A DNA stretch of 64,000 nucleotides, from contig CAVWVI010000004.1 in NCBI GenBank assembly GCA_963758495.1, positions 928,001 to 992,000 on the forward strand, read 5' to 3'. Origin of the DNA: Oligoflexia bacterium (GTDB lineage Bacteria; Bdellovibrionota; UBA1018). Each line of letters opens with the position of its first letter. Position 1 is the stretch's first letter. The position numbers and the translations under genes were made by a program. The notes under the pieces are model-generated. The model ran no database searches. It was not told where the DNA came from and saw nothing but the letters and a program-made list of their open reading frames with translations. Shown here one piece after another: positions 28,466 through 40,515 of the stretch.

Positions 28466-30301
28466 TCATTTCACACTTGCCGGAAATCGTTGTTGACTAT
28501 CAGATTCCAACGGTTTCTCTCCCCCGAGTTCACGGCGGAGGGTATCTGCTTTAATTTGAATCTTTCGCTTTGAGCTTTCATCATCCGCAAACCTTGCGGC
28601 ATCGCTGTACTCATACAATGCTTTTTCACGCAAATTGGATCGTAAATAAGCATCTCCCAAATGCTCTAATATGATTGACTCATTAGGTTTTAACTTTGCT
28701 GCCTTTTCCAATTGCACGACAGCTTCTTTGACTCGACCTCGAGTATACAAATACCAGCCCCAGCTATCTTGAATATAGCCATTTTCTGGTCGTAAACCTA
28801 AAGCTCTCCGTAACAGCTTTTCTGCATCATTAAGTCGAATCCCTTCTTGTGTCCATGTATAGCCGATATAATTTAATGCATCTACGTTCTCAGGATTGAC
28901 TTTTAAAACTGCTTCCATCTGCTCCAGACTCTTCTCAACCTTACCCTGACGATCATAGAGGCTTCCTAAATAGTAACGTACCTTTTCATCGTCTGGAAAT
29001 ATTTTGACTCCTTTTTCCAAAGTACTGATCGCTTCAGAGGTATCTCTAGTTTCATCTTCAAGGTTAGCTTCAAAGAGATAAAAATTAGAGATTTTTGGAG
29101 ATTTTGAAATAGCTTCTTTCATAAAAGTTATAGCATTTTTAATTTTATTACTTTGCCTAAGAAGAAAAGCAGTATGCAATACTGCATCCCCGTAAAGCTT
29201 AGATTCAGCTTTTATTAATTTTAATTCTCCTATCGCTGAACTCGCTTGATTTATTTCTTCGTATAAATTGCCTAAATAATAATGAATTCGATCTGAGTCC
29301 GGAGTTTTTTCTATAATTTTCTTAAAGGTCGAAATTGCTTCAGAATACTGCTTTAATTCCATTTCTACTAATCCTAATTTAACTTGAACATTCAGGTCAT
29401 CAGGATCAGAACTTCCTATTGATTGCAAATAGGGTATGGCTTCTTTATACTTCTCTTCTTTTAAATAAATTGTAGCTAAACGATTTGCTGCAGAAATATC
29501 TTGTGAGTCGTCATATAAATCCTGATAAATTTTGATTGCTTGAGTATTCATCCCCCTCTCTTCATAGAGATAGCCTAACGCCAAATAAGCTTGACTAAAG
29601 CCTGCTCTTGCCTCAATGGCTTTACGATATGCAACAACCGATTCCTTAAAATGATCCGCTTGTTGTTCTGCTCTCCCCAAATAGTAAAGTGCAAGAGCTG
29701 AGTCTGTATTTTTTTTAATAAATTGCTGCAATATTTTTACAGCTTCAAGGATATGACCATCTTCAATTAAAACTTGCGATTTATATACGACCGCTTCCTC
29801 ATTCTTTGGATTGCTTTTTAATATACGATCGTATTCTGTTAACGCAGCTTGATTTTCATGAGATGAAGAATACAACCCTGCCAAAATAAGATGTGCGTCA
29901 GTGTAATTGGAATCATGCTGTAATGCTTCTTTGCAAGCATCCATTGCTGCAGAAAGCATCCCTTTCTTTAAATATTCTGTGGCTAGCCGCGTATAAACCA
30001 GAGGAGAATTCGGATCAAATATCAAAGTAAGTCGATATTCTTCAATCGATCGATCGGGATCTCCATCCGATGCATAAGCTTGCGCCAGGGTGAAATGATA
30101 TTCAGCAGTATCTTTTAAATCTTGCTCAGCCGCTAAACCATGGGGACCACCCCCTTTTGAGCCCTTTGCTTGCACCGCCTGGCCTTGAGGATGGACATCT
30201 TGAAATTTCTGCTGTGCGGAGAGAGTGGGGCAAGCAGCGAAAGCTCCCAGAAGGATGAGAATCCTTCCTCGATGTTTGCTGCTTAAATATTTTTTTTTCA
30301 T
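28466..30301 (-). CDS. Secreted tetratricopeptide-repeat protein
   Basis: Many TPRs; ALNYIGY, DSWGW and EHLGDAY motifs. Confidence 0.92.
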   Translation of the reverse strand: MKKKYLSSKHRGRILILLGAFAACPTLSAQQKFQDVHPQGQAVQAKGSKGGGPHGLAAEQDLKDTAEYHFTLAQAYASDGDPDRSIEEYRLTLIFDPNSPLVYTRLATEYLKKGMLSAAMDACKEALQHDSNYTDAHLILAGLYSSSHENQAALTEYDRILKSNPKNEEAVVYKSQVLIEDGHILEAVKILQQFIKKNTDSALALYYLGRAEQQADHFKESVVAYRKAIEARAGFSQAYLALGYLYEERGMNTQAIKIYQDLYDDSQDISAANRLATIYLKEEKYKEAIPYLQSIGSSDPDDLNVQVKLGLVEMELKQYSEAISTFKKIIEKTPDSDRIHYYLGNLYEEINQASSAIGELKLIKAESKLYGDAVLHTAFLLRQSNKIKNAITFMKEAISKSPKISNFYLFEANLEDETRDTSEAISTLEKGVKIFPDDEKVRYYLGSLYDRQGKVEKSLEQMEAVLKVNPENVDALNYIGYTWTQEGIRLNDAEKLLRRALGLRPENGYIQDSWGWYLYTRGRVKEAVVQLEKAAKLKPNESIILEHLGDAYLRSNLREKALYEYSDAARFADDESSKRKIQIKADTLRRELGGEKPLESDSQQRFPASVK

Positions 30302-30711
30302 GAAATATGATTCCCTTCATCTAATAATAAATCGACTAATAATAAATCGTCGTTTTTTTAAAAAAACTAAAAGCAGAAGTGGAACATTAAGTGCATTGTC
30401 CCAAAAACAGCCACTGCTATGTCTCTTGCGTTAGTCTAGAGTGGGGGATTTATTTGGTGCGTTATAACTAGTTTTGCATTTTTCATGCGAAAGCTGTGAG
30501 TGCGGCACTTGACTTTAGCGCGGCGGGTTGTTATTTGGCTTAGTGAATAGCTATGACACATTGTGGCTCATGCGCTGCAATGGGAAGGAGCTATTTAGGG
30601 GTTCATAATTAAGGGGGTTTGTTTCCATTTTTTAGGGACTTTGACTGGAAGTTTACTTTTTTACTCCATTCATTGCCCCCGAAATAAAAAATGATTCAAT
30701 TAGGGGGAATC

Positions 30712-31080
30712 ATGAAAGAGATTAAGATCATTAAACGTTATCAGAATCGTAAATTATACGACACACATGAATCAAGCTACGTCACTTTGGATGAAATTGC
30801 CAAAATGATCAAAGGTGGTGAAGACTTACGTGTAATTGATAATAAAACAAAAAATGACATCACAGCTGCAACTTTGACTCAACTTTTATACGAAAGTGAG
30901 CGAAAGGCCAAGACACAGCCATCAGTTGAGTTGCTCAAAGAAATTATCCGGCATGGGGACGGATCTTTTTCTGGTTATATTCAAACTAAAATTAGTTCCG
31001 AAATTGCAAATTTTGACCGCGACACTGTTAAAGAGGATTCTGTTAGCATGAATAACCGAGCGGCTGTTCTAAATCAATAA
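30712..31080 (+). CDS. PhaR-like (PHA synthesis regulator) DNA-binding protein
   Basis: IIKRYQNRKLYDTHESSYVTL...DIT..TLTQ. Confidence 0.88.
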   Translation: MKEIKIIKRYQNRKLYDTHESSYVTLDEIAKMIKGGEDLRVIDNKTKNDITAATLTQLLYESERKAKTQPSVELLKEIIRHGDGSFSGYIQTKISSEIANFDRDTVKEDSVSMNNRAAVLNQ

Positions 31081-31158
31081 TTACTGACTATTTTAGTCTG
31101 TAATTATTCATTCAAAGAATTTGCGAACATGAAAAGACCTGATACCATTTAATGAATC

Positions 31159-31905
31159 ATGATTTTTTTAATGAGCCGATGGTGTTCAGGACTTTCAAAA
31201 CAGAGATCTACAGTCAGGATACCAGTTGGAGTAGGTGCTCTCTTATTACTGACTCTCAGTAATCAGAGCAATGCTTCGACTGGTTCCGACTGGTCTCAGC
31301 AATCCTCTTGGCCCAACAGTGATGATCCCACTCCGGTTCATCATAGTACTCACACGCGTGAATTACCCACTAACGATATATCTCCCTTTTCTCCTGGCTC
31401 CAGCAATGTGGCACTGGATATCGGGCAAGTTTTTCTTATGGGAAATCTATCGCAATTTTCAGATAGCATTGGATCTCAATTACATTATACTTACGGTGTC
31501 AGCGATTTGTTTGGATTTGACTCTAGCCTGGGTTATTCCGCACATTCGGATGGAAAAATGGCCATGACCACTCTTTTATCAGGCGTGAGAATGAATTTAA
31601 GCTGGTACGATAAAATAGTACCTTATCTTGTATTCGGCCTCGGCTTTTACAAGCCCACCTATCAAGATCCGTCCACTATCACCGCTAATAGTTCAAACAC
31701 TGCTTCATCATCGCTCTCGGCTGTATTATTTGGTCTACACCTTGGACCAGGCATCGACTTAGAACTGAGTCGGAACCTATTTTTTGGGGCAGCCCTGACT
31801 TTTCACAGTATGTTTGGAACGACTCAATCACTCGCAAATGGAACACCTTTTGATTTAGGTGGAACCTACACTTCGTTCTTTCTACATGCTGGGGTTACTT
31901 TTTAA
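31159..31905 (+). CDS. Outer-membrane beta-barrel protein
   Basis: Amphipathic beta-strands, PYLVFGLG, C-terminal Phe (GVTF). Confidence 0.75.
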   Translation: MIFLMSRWCSGLSKQRSTVRIPVGVGALLLLTLSNQSNASTGSDWSQQSSWPNSDDPTPVHHSTHTRELPTNDISPFSPGSSNVALDIGQVFLMGNLSQFSDSIGSQLHYTYGVSDLFGFDSSLGYSAHSDGKMAMTTLLSGVRMNLSWYDKIVPYLVFGLGFYKPTYQDPSTITANSSNTASSSLSAVLFGLHLGPGIDLELSRNLFFGAALTFHSMFGTTQSLANGTPFDLGGTYTSFFLHAGVTF

Positions 31906-31914
31906 GCACGAGCG

Positions 31915-32811
31915 TCATCGGTTCAAAAGTCCCGCAATGAGTTTCTCTAAAAATTTTGCATCCACATGATATTCGTTTGAACAGAAATCACATCGCACCA
32001 TTGCGGAATGATCTTCAAGGAGCATAGACTGAAGTTCTTCGACACCCACCAAAGTCAATGCCCTTTGAACTCGCTCCCAAGAACAATTGCAGCTAAATGC
32101 AACTGGTTTTTCGTCAACAATCATAAAGGGAGTGCTCTGAAAGATTTGAGAAAGAAGATGTGTCGGATTTTTATGAGTTTCCAGAAGCTTTGAAAGAGAT
32201 TCAATTTCTTGAATGTGTTGCTCCACTGTCTGAATTTCCTCAGAACTCGCCCCTGGCATCGCTTGAATTAAGAAGCCCCCGGCTGATAGGATACGCTCCC
32301 CTTCAAGACTTACAGCAAGACCCACCGCGGAGGGAATTTGCTCACTCTGCGCCCAGTAAAAACTCAAGTCTTTTGCTAAATGACCGGTAATTAAAGGCAC
32401 AGTACCAATGTAGGGACTGCCTCCCTTTCCCGCTGCTTCATCTTGTGTTCGAAGCATAGAGAGAAGCCCAGAACCCCAAGGGCCCAAACTTTCATCTACA
32501 GGCAACTCGTGAGATTGTTCAATGATGTAACCTCGTACATTGCCTTCCGGATATGCGTCTACCAATGCCTGCTGAAAGAGGCCCGTCCCGCGAATATTTA
32601 AATTAATTCTTTGACCGTGCTTACATAAAGCAGCGGTCAGAAGTGCTCCCATAACCGACTCGCCCAAACCACGTATCGCAGCACCTTTAAGGTGTTGGCG
32701 TATTGCCATAGATTGGACTAAGTCTGTTGCCTGAATTGCGACACCACGCAAGTTGCCGTGTGTCGAAATACACTTCACCCAATGATCTGAAGATAAAGCA
32801 CTCATGATCAT
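31915..32811 (-). CDS. hslO: Hsp33 redox chaperone
   Basis: SEQIPSA; CNC...CDFC zinc motif. Confidence 0.93.
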   Translation of the reverse strand: MIMSALSSDHWVKCISTHGNLRGVAIQATDLVQSMAIRQHLKGAAIRGLGESVMGALLTAALCKHGQRINLNIRGTGLFQQALVDAYPEGNVRGYIIEQSHELPVDESLGPWGSGLLSMLRTQDEAAGKGGSPYIGTVPLITGHLAKDLSFYWAQSEQIPSAVGLAVSLEGERILSAGGFLIQAMPGASSEEIQTVEQHIQEIESLSKLLETHKNPTHLLSQIFQSTPFMIVDEKPVAFSCNCSWERVQRALTLVGVEELQSMLLEDHSAMVRCDFCSNEYHVDAKFLEKLIAGLLNR

Positions 32812-32827
32812 TTCACTGTTACCACAT

Positions 32828-32862
32828 AAAAAAAGAAGCCTCAGAATTTCTTCTGAGGCTTC
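32828..32862 (-). terminator. Rho-independent terminator after groEL
   Basis: GAAGCCTCAGAA/TTCTGAGGCTTC 12-bp stem followed by a U tract on the minus strand. Confidence 0.85.
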
Positions 32863-32987
32863 CTTATAAATAGAGCGGTAAATATTTGCGCATAAGATAA
32901 CAGGAAAACAATTGAACTGAATTTTGTTATAAATTCTATTTATAACTCATTCCGCAGAACTACCCCTATGATCTATTGCTGCAAACT

Positions 32988-34661
<1,674 letters not shown>

Positions 34662-34672
34662 CTAAAAAATAA

Positions 34673-34960
34673 TTAATTCAAAACGCCGAGAATATCTTCC
34701 TCACGCATCATGAGGAATTCTTCGCCGTCGATCTTGATCTCAGTACCTGCGTACTTACCAAAAAGAACTCGATCGCCCTTTTTTACATCTAATGGACGAA
34801 TCTTGCCATCTTCAGCTACGCGGCCCTGTCCAGCTGCAATGATTTCACCTTGAATTGGCTTTTCTTTCGCAGTGTCAGGAATAATAATGCCACCCTTAGA
34901 GCGCTCTTCTTCAACAAAACGCTTTACTAATACACGATCGTGCAATGGTCGGACTTGCAT
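34673..34960 (-). CDS. groES: Co-chaperonin GroES
   Basis: [30 protein letters not shown]. Confidence 0.97.
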   Translation of the reverse strand: MQVRPLHDRVLVKRFVEEERSKGGIIIPDTAKEKPIQGEIIAAGQGRVAEDGKIRPLDVKKGDRVLFGKYAGTEIKIDGEEFLMMREEDILGVLN

Positions 34961-35294
34961 AGAGTTCAACCTCCATTCTCTAAATTGCTTGAAACGTTAC
35001 GTTATAAGGAAAATGCCGAAAATTTATTTTTCGCCCACTTTCCCTTTAGTTTGATGGGCATTTGGAAAGTCATCAGTAATGACATTCAAAACAACCATCC
35101 GAAAGGCTTAGTGCCTCTTTGAGTTCTAATGTGGACACTTCATTTGACTTGTCAACTTGAAGTGCCGTTTTTTCTATGCACTTATACTATGTATTTTTAA
35201 GTAAATTAAATAACTTTATAATTTGACTTAATTAATCATGTACTATAAAAAAATACAAAAAGGGCGCGAGACTGGTGATAACAAACAGTGACCT

Positions 35295-36440
35295 ATGATG
35301 TTTCTTTGGATATTTACCTACTCACTCACCTTACTCCTTTTTAGCTCTCTTTTTGGCTGCACCTCCTCTTTAGTCAAATCGCCCGACAGCTTGGACATTA
35401 AACTTCCAGAAGAGCTATACTTCACATCGATCCAGCAACTCACACACGGGGGAATCAATACAAAAGCCCACTGGTCAGAAGACCTACAATTACTGAGTTT
35501 TCAGCATAGGGAACTCGGAATAGGGAGCACCCCCCCTCTTTGCAATCAAATTTACACCCTTAAAAAAGATGGATCTGAAATGAGAAAAATTTCGACCGAT
35601 CCAGGCAATGAAAGGGATCCCTTCTTTCTACCTAAGAATAAGAAGCAGCATCAGAGAATTGGATTCACTAGCTCCGCCCCTTCTTCTATTTATTGCCCGC
35701 CCTCCCATGAATTAGGAAATCATCTCAATTGGGTCAATTTGGCTCTAGCCACTTACCCTTCTTATCTCTTTGGAGTCCACTCAGATGGAACTGACCGTCT
35801 CCCACTAGAACCGGGAGCCCCAAAGGCCTATAATTCGGAAGCTGCAACTTGTCAGGATGGAAGTATTGTCTTTACGAGTAATCGCAATGGAGATCTGCAC
35901 CTTTACCGTGCGCAATTAGACAGTCTCGGCACATTTACCGAAGCTCAACAGGTCACTCAAGACTTCGGGTACCATGGAAACCCCTCTTTTTCCTTCGATT
36001 GCAAACAACTGGTTTGGACAGCATATCAGCCACGAAAAGGAAGGGAGACTGTCCAATATCATAAAGGCTTACTACAAAATTTAATCCACCCTCTCACGCT
36101 CGAAATCTGGATTGAGGAGACCCGAGGAACCCCTGCTTATCCTGTCACTCACTTAGGAGCATTGAGCCTTTCGCCTACTTTTACTCCTGATGGAAAGAAA
36201 ATTCTTTTTGCTTCAAATTTGAGAAATCCAAAAAAACTTGATTTTGATCTCTATCTGGTCAATCGGAATGGAACTGGCCTCAAGCAAATCACTCACTCCC
36301 ATACCTCTGATAACTTTCCTCAATTCTCACCCGATGGGAAATTTTTAGTATTTTCCTCTCGTCGAAATGCCAAATTGCCCAATGAAATGAACCTATTTAT
36401 TGCAAAATGGGAAGATCCGACTCATTCCGATCAAAAATAA
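35295..36440 (+). CDS. TolB-like PD40 beta-propeller lipoprotein
   Basis: Lipobox LFGC; PTFTPDGKKILFAS and PQFSPDGKFLVFSS repeats. Confidence 0.85.
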   Translation: MMFLWIFTYSLTLLLFSSLFGCTSSLVKSPDSLDIKLPEELYFTSIQQLTHGGINTKAHWSEDLQLLSFQHRELGIGSTPPLCNQIYTLKKDGSEMRKISTDPGNERDPFFLPKNKKQHQRIGFTSSAPSSIYCPPSHELGNHLNWVNLALATYPSYLFGVHSDGTDRLPLEPGAPKAYNSEAATCQDGSIVFTSNRNGDLHLYRAQLDSLGTFTEAQQVTQDFGYHGNPSFSFDCKQLVWTAYQPRKGRETVQYHKGLLQNLIHPLTLEIWIEETRGTPAYPVTHLGALSLSPTFTPDGKKILFASNLRNPKKLDFDLYLVNRNGTGLKQITHSHTSDNFPQFSPDGKFLVFSSRRNAKLPNEMNLFIAKWEDPTHSDQK

Positions 36441-36523
36441 TGAAGAATCTAGATCGTTCTTATTGCGTTTTCTAATAAGATCGCATACCAAATAGATCTT
36501 CATTTTTTGCTGTCGATATCGAT

Positions 36524-36599
36524 GGCCTGGTAGCTCAGTCGGTAGAGCAGCGCCCTGAAAAGGCGTGTGTCGGCGGTTCGATTCCGTCCCAGGCCACCA
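36524..36599 (+). tRNA. tRNA-Phe (GAA)
   Basis: Acceptor stem GGCCTGG/CCAGGCC, anticodon loop CTGAAAA, T-loop TTCGATT, encoded CCA; 76 nt. Confidence 0.97.
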
Positions 36600-36699
36600 C
36601 TTTTTGAGTGGGACAAGTAGCAGAATCAATTGACAATTCAGAATTTGGATTTGGAGCAGAATGCTTCAAGGCCCTTGTGCGTCCTGTGCTGTGGAGCAC

Positions 36700-36819
36700 A
36701 GGTGGAGCAAAGAGGATTGGGTCAATGTGCTGGTGAAAAATCCAATTCTCATTGAACGCACTATAGTGACAGACGGAAAAAATGCCTTGGATTATTCGCC
36801 GATTTTTGAAGATATCTAA
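36700..36819 (+). pseudogene. C-terminal fragment of an ArsC/Spx-family gene
   Basis: RWSKEDWVNVLVKNPILIERTIVTDGKNA; 5' part missing. Confidence 0.6.
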
Positions 36820-36963
36820 AGTATGAATTAATCCAGCGGAAGTCGTGGTCTTCAGAGACTCAACTACGCTATTTTGATAGCTCGCTTAAATGTCTGACCA
36901 CAAGTTTTTGATAAAGTAGATTGAGGGATTTGCACAGCAAAGACCTATGCCGCTCTTCTTAAT

Positions 36964-38684
36964 GTAACCCCTCAATAAGTTGAGGTAAAGATGTTGTCGT
37001 TTGCCAATTTTGGATTGAAAATTGCTGTGTTAAAAGCATGGAGCAAGAGTTCAAATATAAATCAGAAAAACCGCAGTCCATAAGTGGGTTGATTGGCATT
37101 ATTGAACAGCAAGAATTCTTGATAAATCAACAGATCCACAAAATTCGAGAATTAGAATTAACAGTTGGATACCTTCGAGATGAGATTGCAAGACTGAAAA
37201 ATATACCTCCTCGTCCAAAGGTGCAAGCTAGCCAACTTGAAAAGAATAAAGCCAATAACTGTCTCAAAAAGCGTGCGGGCTCAGAAAAGAGATCAAAGAC
37301 TGCCTTTTTGAAAATTCATGATCACAAGACTATTCAAGCTCCTCGGGTACCAGATGGGGCCAAGTTTAAAGGGTATAAAAATTTTACGGTACAGGATCTG
37401 GTAATCCAAGCACATAATACTCGCTACCATTTGGAAAGGTGGCAGACTGAGGATGGCTCCTACATTGAGGCTGAGTTACCCAATTCAATTCATGGCCATT
37501 TTGGGAATCAGTTAAAAACCTATATTATCTATCAATATTACCAATGTCATGTCACTCAGCCTCGCCTGCTGGAAGAACTCAGAGAATTTGGCATTGATAT
37601 TTCGGCTGGAGAGATTAATTTTATTCTTACGGAAGGACACGAGAATTTTCACGAAGAGAAAGCTGATATTCTTAAAACTGGCCTTCAAGTTTCTCCTTAT
37701 ATCCAAGTAGACGATACCGGAGCAAGGCATGCGGGGAAAAATGGATTCTGTACTGTAATAGGAAACTCCTGGTTTACATGGTTTCAAAGTACTGAATCAA
37801 AAAGTCGAATCAATTTTTTGCAATTATTGCAGATGCAACGATTTGAATATAAGCTTAATTCGACCGCAGAAAAATATATAAAAGAACATAAGTTGGACCC
37901 GAAAGCCCTTGCCGTAGTTTTAGATAATATGGGCCAGACAATCCTTGGAAAAGCCAATTGGGAAAAAACACTTGCCCAACTTGGAATTTCTGGCATCGAA
38001 AGCCAACGGATTATTACGGAAGCCGCTCTCGTAGCGGGCATTGATAGAAAATGGATTTCGACAAGATCTCCTAATTTTGAGTGATGATGCATTTCAGTAT
38101 AATGCATTTCCCAACCAGCAAGCTCTTTGTTGGATCCATGCTGAAAGAAACATTCATCGATTAGTTCCTGTATCAAATACTGAGGCTATTGAATTAGATT
38201 CTGTTCGTACTGAAATATGGGTGTACTACCATCTATTGAAGCGCTTCCAACAATCTCCTCATCCGAAATTTGCTAAAAGACTCAGTCAGAGATTTGATGA
38301 GATCTTCAATCAGGAAATGATTTACTCGGAAGTCGAATGTGAACTCAAGAAGTTGAATTCAAAGAAGGAGCGCCTTCTAGTCGTCCTAAAATGTCCAGAA
38401 ATTCCGCTTCATAATAACGGGGCGGAAACGGATATCCGCGAATATGTTACGCGTAGGAAAATAAGTGGTGGTACCAGAAATGAATTGGGCCGGACCTGTC
38501 GAGATACTTTTACAAGTCTAATAAAAACGTGCAAAAAACTGAGAGTTTCATTTTGGAATTACTTGAATAGCCGAATTTTGAATAATGATAGGATACCCAA
38601 TCTTACCATATTAATACGACAACAAATTCCAAAACCGGGCTAAAATACAAGCCAGCTCATTCCCTCAACTTATTGAGGGGTTAC
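36964..38684 (+). mobile_element. IS66-family insertion sequence (single-transposase, ISBst12-like)
   Basis: Perfect 22-bp terminal IRs GTAACCCCTCAATAAGTTGAGG (36964..36985 / 38663..38684); GTAA...TTAC ends. Confidence 0.9.
37038..38643 (+). CDS. IS66 DDE transposase, frameshifted near 38040
   Basis: VDDTGARH, LSDDA, LCWIHAER and PLHNNGAETDIR motifs across ORFs 37038..38084 and 38041..38643. Confidence 0.9.
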
Positions 38685-39484
38685 ATTTTTTGATGCTGTT
38701 TTATAACCCCATTCGGAGCATAAAGCAACCGATCTGCCGCCATAGAGAGGACTGGGAAGTGATCACTGCTAAACTCCTGCCATGCATGCTTTCCAGTTCC
38801 CAGGTCACCCAATACCCAATGCCATACGTTCCCTGCCATATCCCAAATGACTTCCTCATTGCTCAAGATATGAACCCACGGTAGTTTATTCATCTCAGAA
38901 ACTGCTACGCCGTTTCCATCATTGGATGCTGCATACTTCATCACGCAAAAGCGCGCATTGGGTGTTGGCGTACTGTATAACTCGTTTCCTGGTACCAAAA
39001 CATAACCTGCCGCACATCCGCCTCCTAAATTCTGAATTTGTTGCAGTTGTTGCTGCTGCTTTTGCTGCTGCGACTTCTTCAACACTATTCGGCAAAAACT
39101 TTCTGCTTGAGGCAATCCGAGATCTTCACATAGAGTCAATGTATTTTCTGCATCCATTTTAGGCTGAGAAGGAAAAGCTACTTTTCCAAACCGGATCAGA
39201 TTCAACACATATTCTTTCATGAGTCGGTCACTCACATCGAGGTCAAATGCGGTTGCAGCGGACTTTCCATCCTCTATTTCTGGTTGAACTATAAGATTTA
39301 CCTTCGATGCAAGCTTTCCTTGTGGATCCATTTGGCACTCTAGTTTATCGCTGTCACACCAGAAGGCTTCACGGCCATCGGATGTACGAAACCAAACTTT
39401 ATCCCCCGCCAGAACAGAAAACCCCTGCAGCCCTAACGTGAAAAGGGCGATTAATCCAACAAATCTGATCTGACTGATTTTCAG
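38681..39484 (-). pseudogene. Exported FGE/SUMF1-like (formylglycine-generating-enzyme fold) protein, truncated by IS66
   Basis: FCVMKY...LPWV...IWDMAGNVWHW; stop supplied by the IS end; upstream in-frame signal peptide (KISQIRFVGLIALFTLGLQGFSVLA) lacks an ATG. Confidence 0.7.
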
Positions 39485-39606
39485 CTTAACGCGACGCGTT
39501 ACCAGAATAAGCCGGTTTTGGCAAATTTATTTAAAAATGCTTTGAACAAAAGTAGCTTGAGAGGTGTAGTCTCCTGTTCCAAATAACTTCGTACACTGTA
39601 TTAATT

Positions 39607-39669
39607 TAACAACATTAAGTTTTCATAAAGTAGCTATTTTCACTACTTTATGAAAACTTAATGTTGTTA
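39607..39669. promoter_or_regulatory. Perfect 27-bp inverted repeat (9-bp spacer), probable AbiEi operator
   Basis: TAACAACATTAAGTTTTCATAAAGTAG / CTACTTTATGAAAACTTAATGTTGTTA upstream of abiEi. Confidence 0.75.
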
Positions 39670-39693
39670 TAAAGTAGTGAAAAATGATACTTT

Positions 39694-40515
39694 ATGCAAA
39701 TGAGAACACTACCGAAACCTTCGAAGTCAACCCACCTTTCACAGTATGTGGACTCTCTTCTGCAAAGCGGACGAAATACATTTACGACTGCTGACGCACT
39801 CAAAGAAATGGGCATTTCGAAAACTGCTTTCAAATTTGCTTCCATTCGACTTTTGAAGAAAAAGCGCCTTGCCCACCCGGCAAGAGGATTTTACGTCATT
39901 GTCCCGACGGAATTTCAAACTGACGGGGTGCCACCCCCCTCCCATTATATCGATGCACTCATGAAATTCTTTCAGCAGCCTTATTATATTGGCATTCTTA
40001 GCGCAGCAGCATTCCACGGGGCAGCTCATCAATCCCCTATGGAATTTCAGATTGTAACCTCAGCGCCTATTCGGAAAATCACCTTGGGGAATAGTAGAAT
40101 CGCCTGTGTTACAAAAAATCGACTTGAACGAACCCCGACTCAGCCAATGCGAGTATGGAGTGGAGACATTCCCGTCTCCACTCCCGAAGCTACTGCCTTT
40201 GATTTGTTAGTCTATCCCCACAAATCCGGGTACTACTCGAATATTGCCACTGTGCTTATTGAGTTATCAGAGGTGATGAACGCCAAGAAGCTTGCTTCCG
40301 TCGCTGAAGTTTTTGCCCTTACACCAATCGCCCAGAGACTTGGTTACCTTCTAGACGCCTACGCCACCAATAAGCTGACTAAAGACCTGCATCTCTGGGT
40401 TGAAGAGCAAAACCCACGGTGGACCCCACTTCGTCCGGGATATAAGGGAAAAAAATCTGAAAAAAATGAAAAATGGCACATCGTCGTAAACGAGGAAGTG
40501 GAGCCAGACCTATGA
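39694..40515 (+). CDS. abiEi: Type IV TA antitoxin, AbiEi family
   Basis: N-terminal wHTH, RGFYVIVP, YYIGILSAAAFHGAAHQ, STPEATAFDL. Confidence 0.9.
   Translation: MQMRTLPKPSKSTHLSQYVDSLLQSGRNTFTTADALKEMGISKTAFKFASIRLLKKKRLAHPARGFYVIVPTEFQTDGVPPPSHYIDALMKFFQQPYYIGILSAAAFHGAAHQSPMEFQIVTSAPIRKITLGNSRIACVTKNRLERTPTQPMRVWSGDIPVSTPEATAFDLLVYPHKSGYYSNIATVLIELSEVMNAKKLASVAEVFALTPIAQRLGYLLDAYATNKLTKDLHLWVEEQNPRWTPLRPGYKGKKSEKNEKWHIVVNEEVEPDL

Noticed and set aside
36393..36629. 78-aa minus-strand ORF
   Set aside because: Shadow ORF antisense to tRNA-Phe (WWPGTESNRRH pattern).
38030..38090. Programmed frameshift in the IS66 transposase
   Set aside because: No obvious slippery heptamer at the junction, and other indel errors occur in the window.
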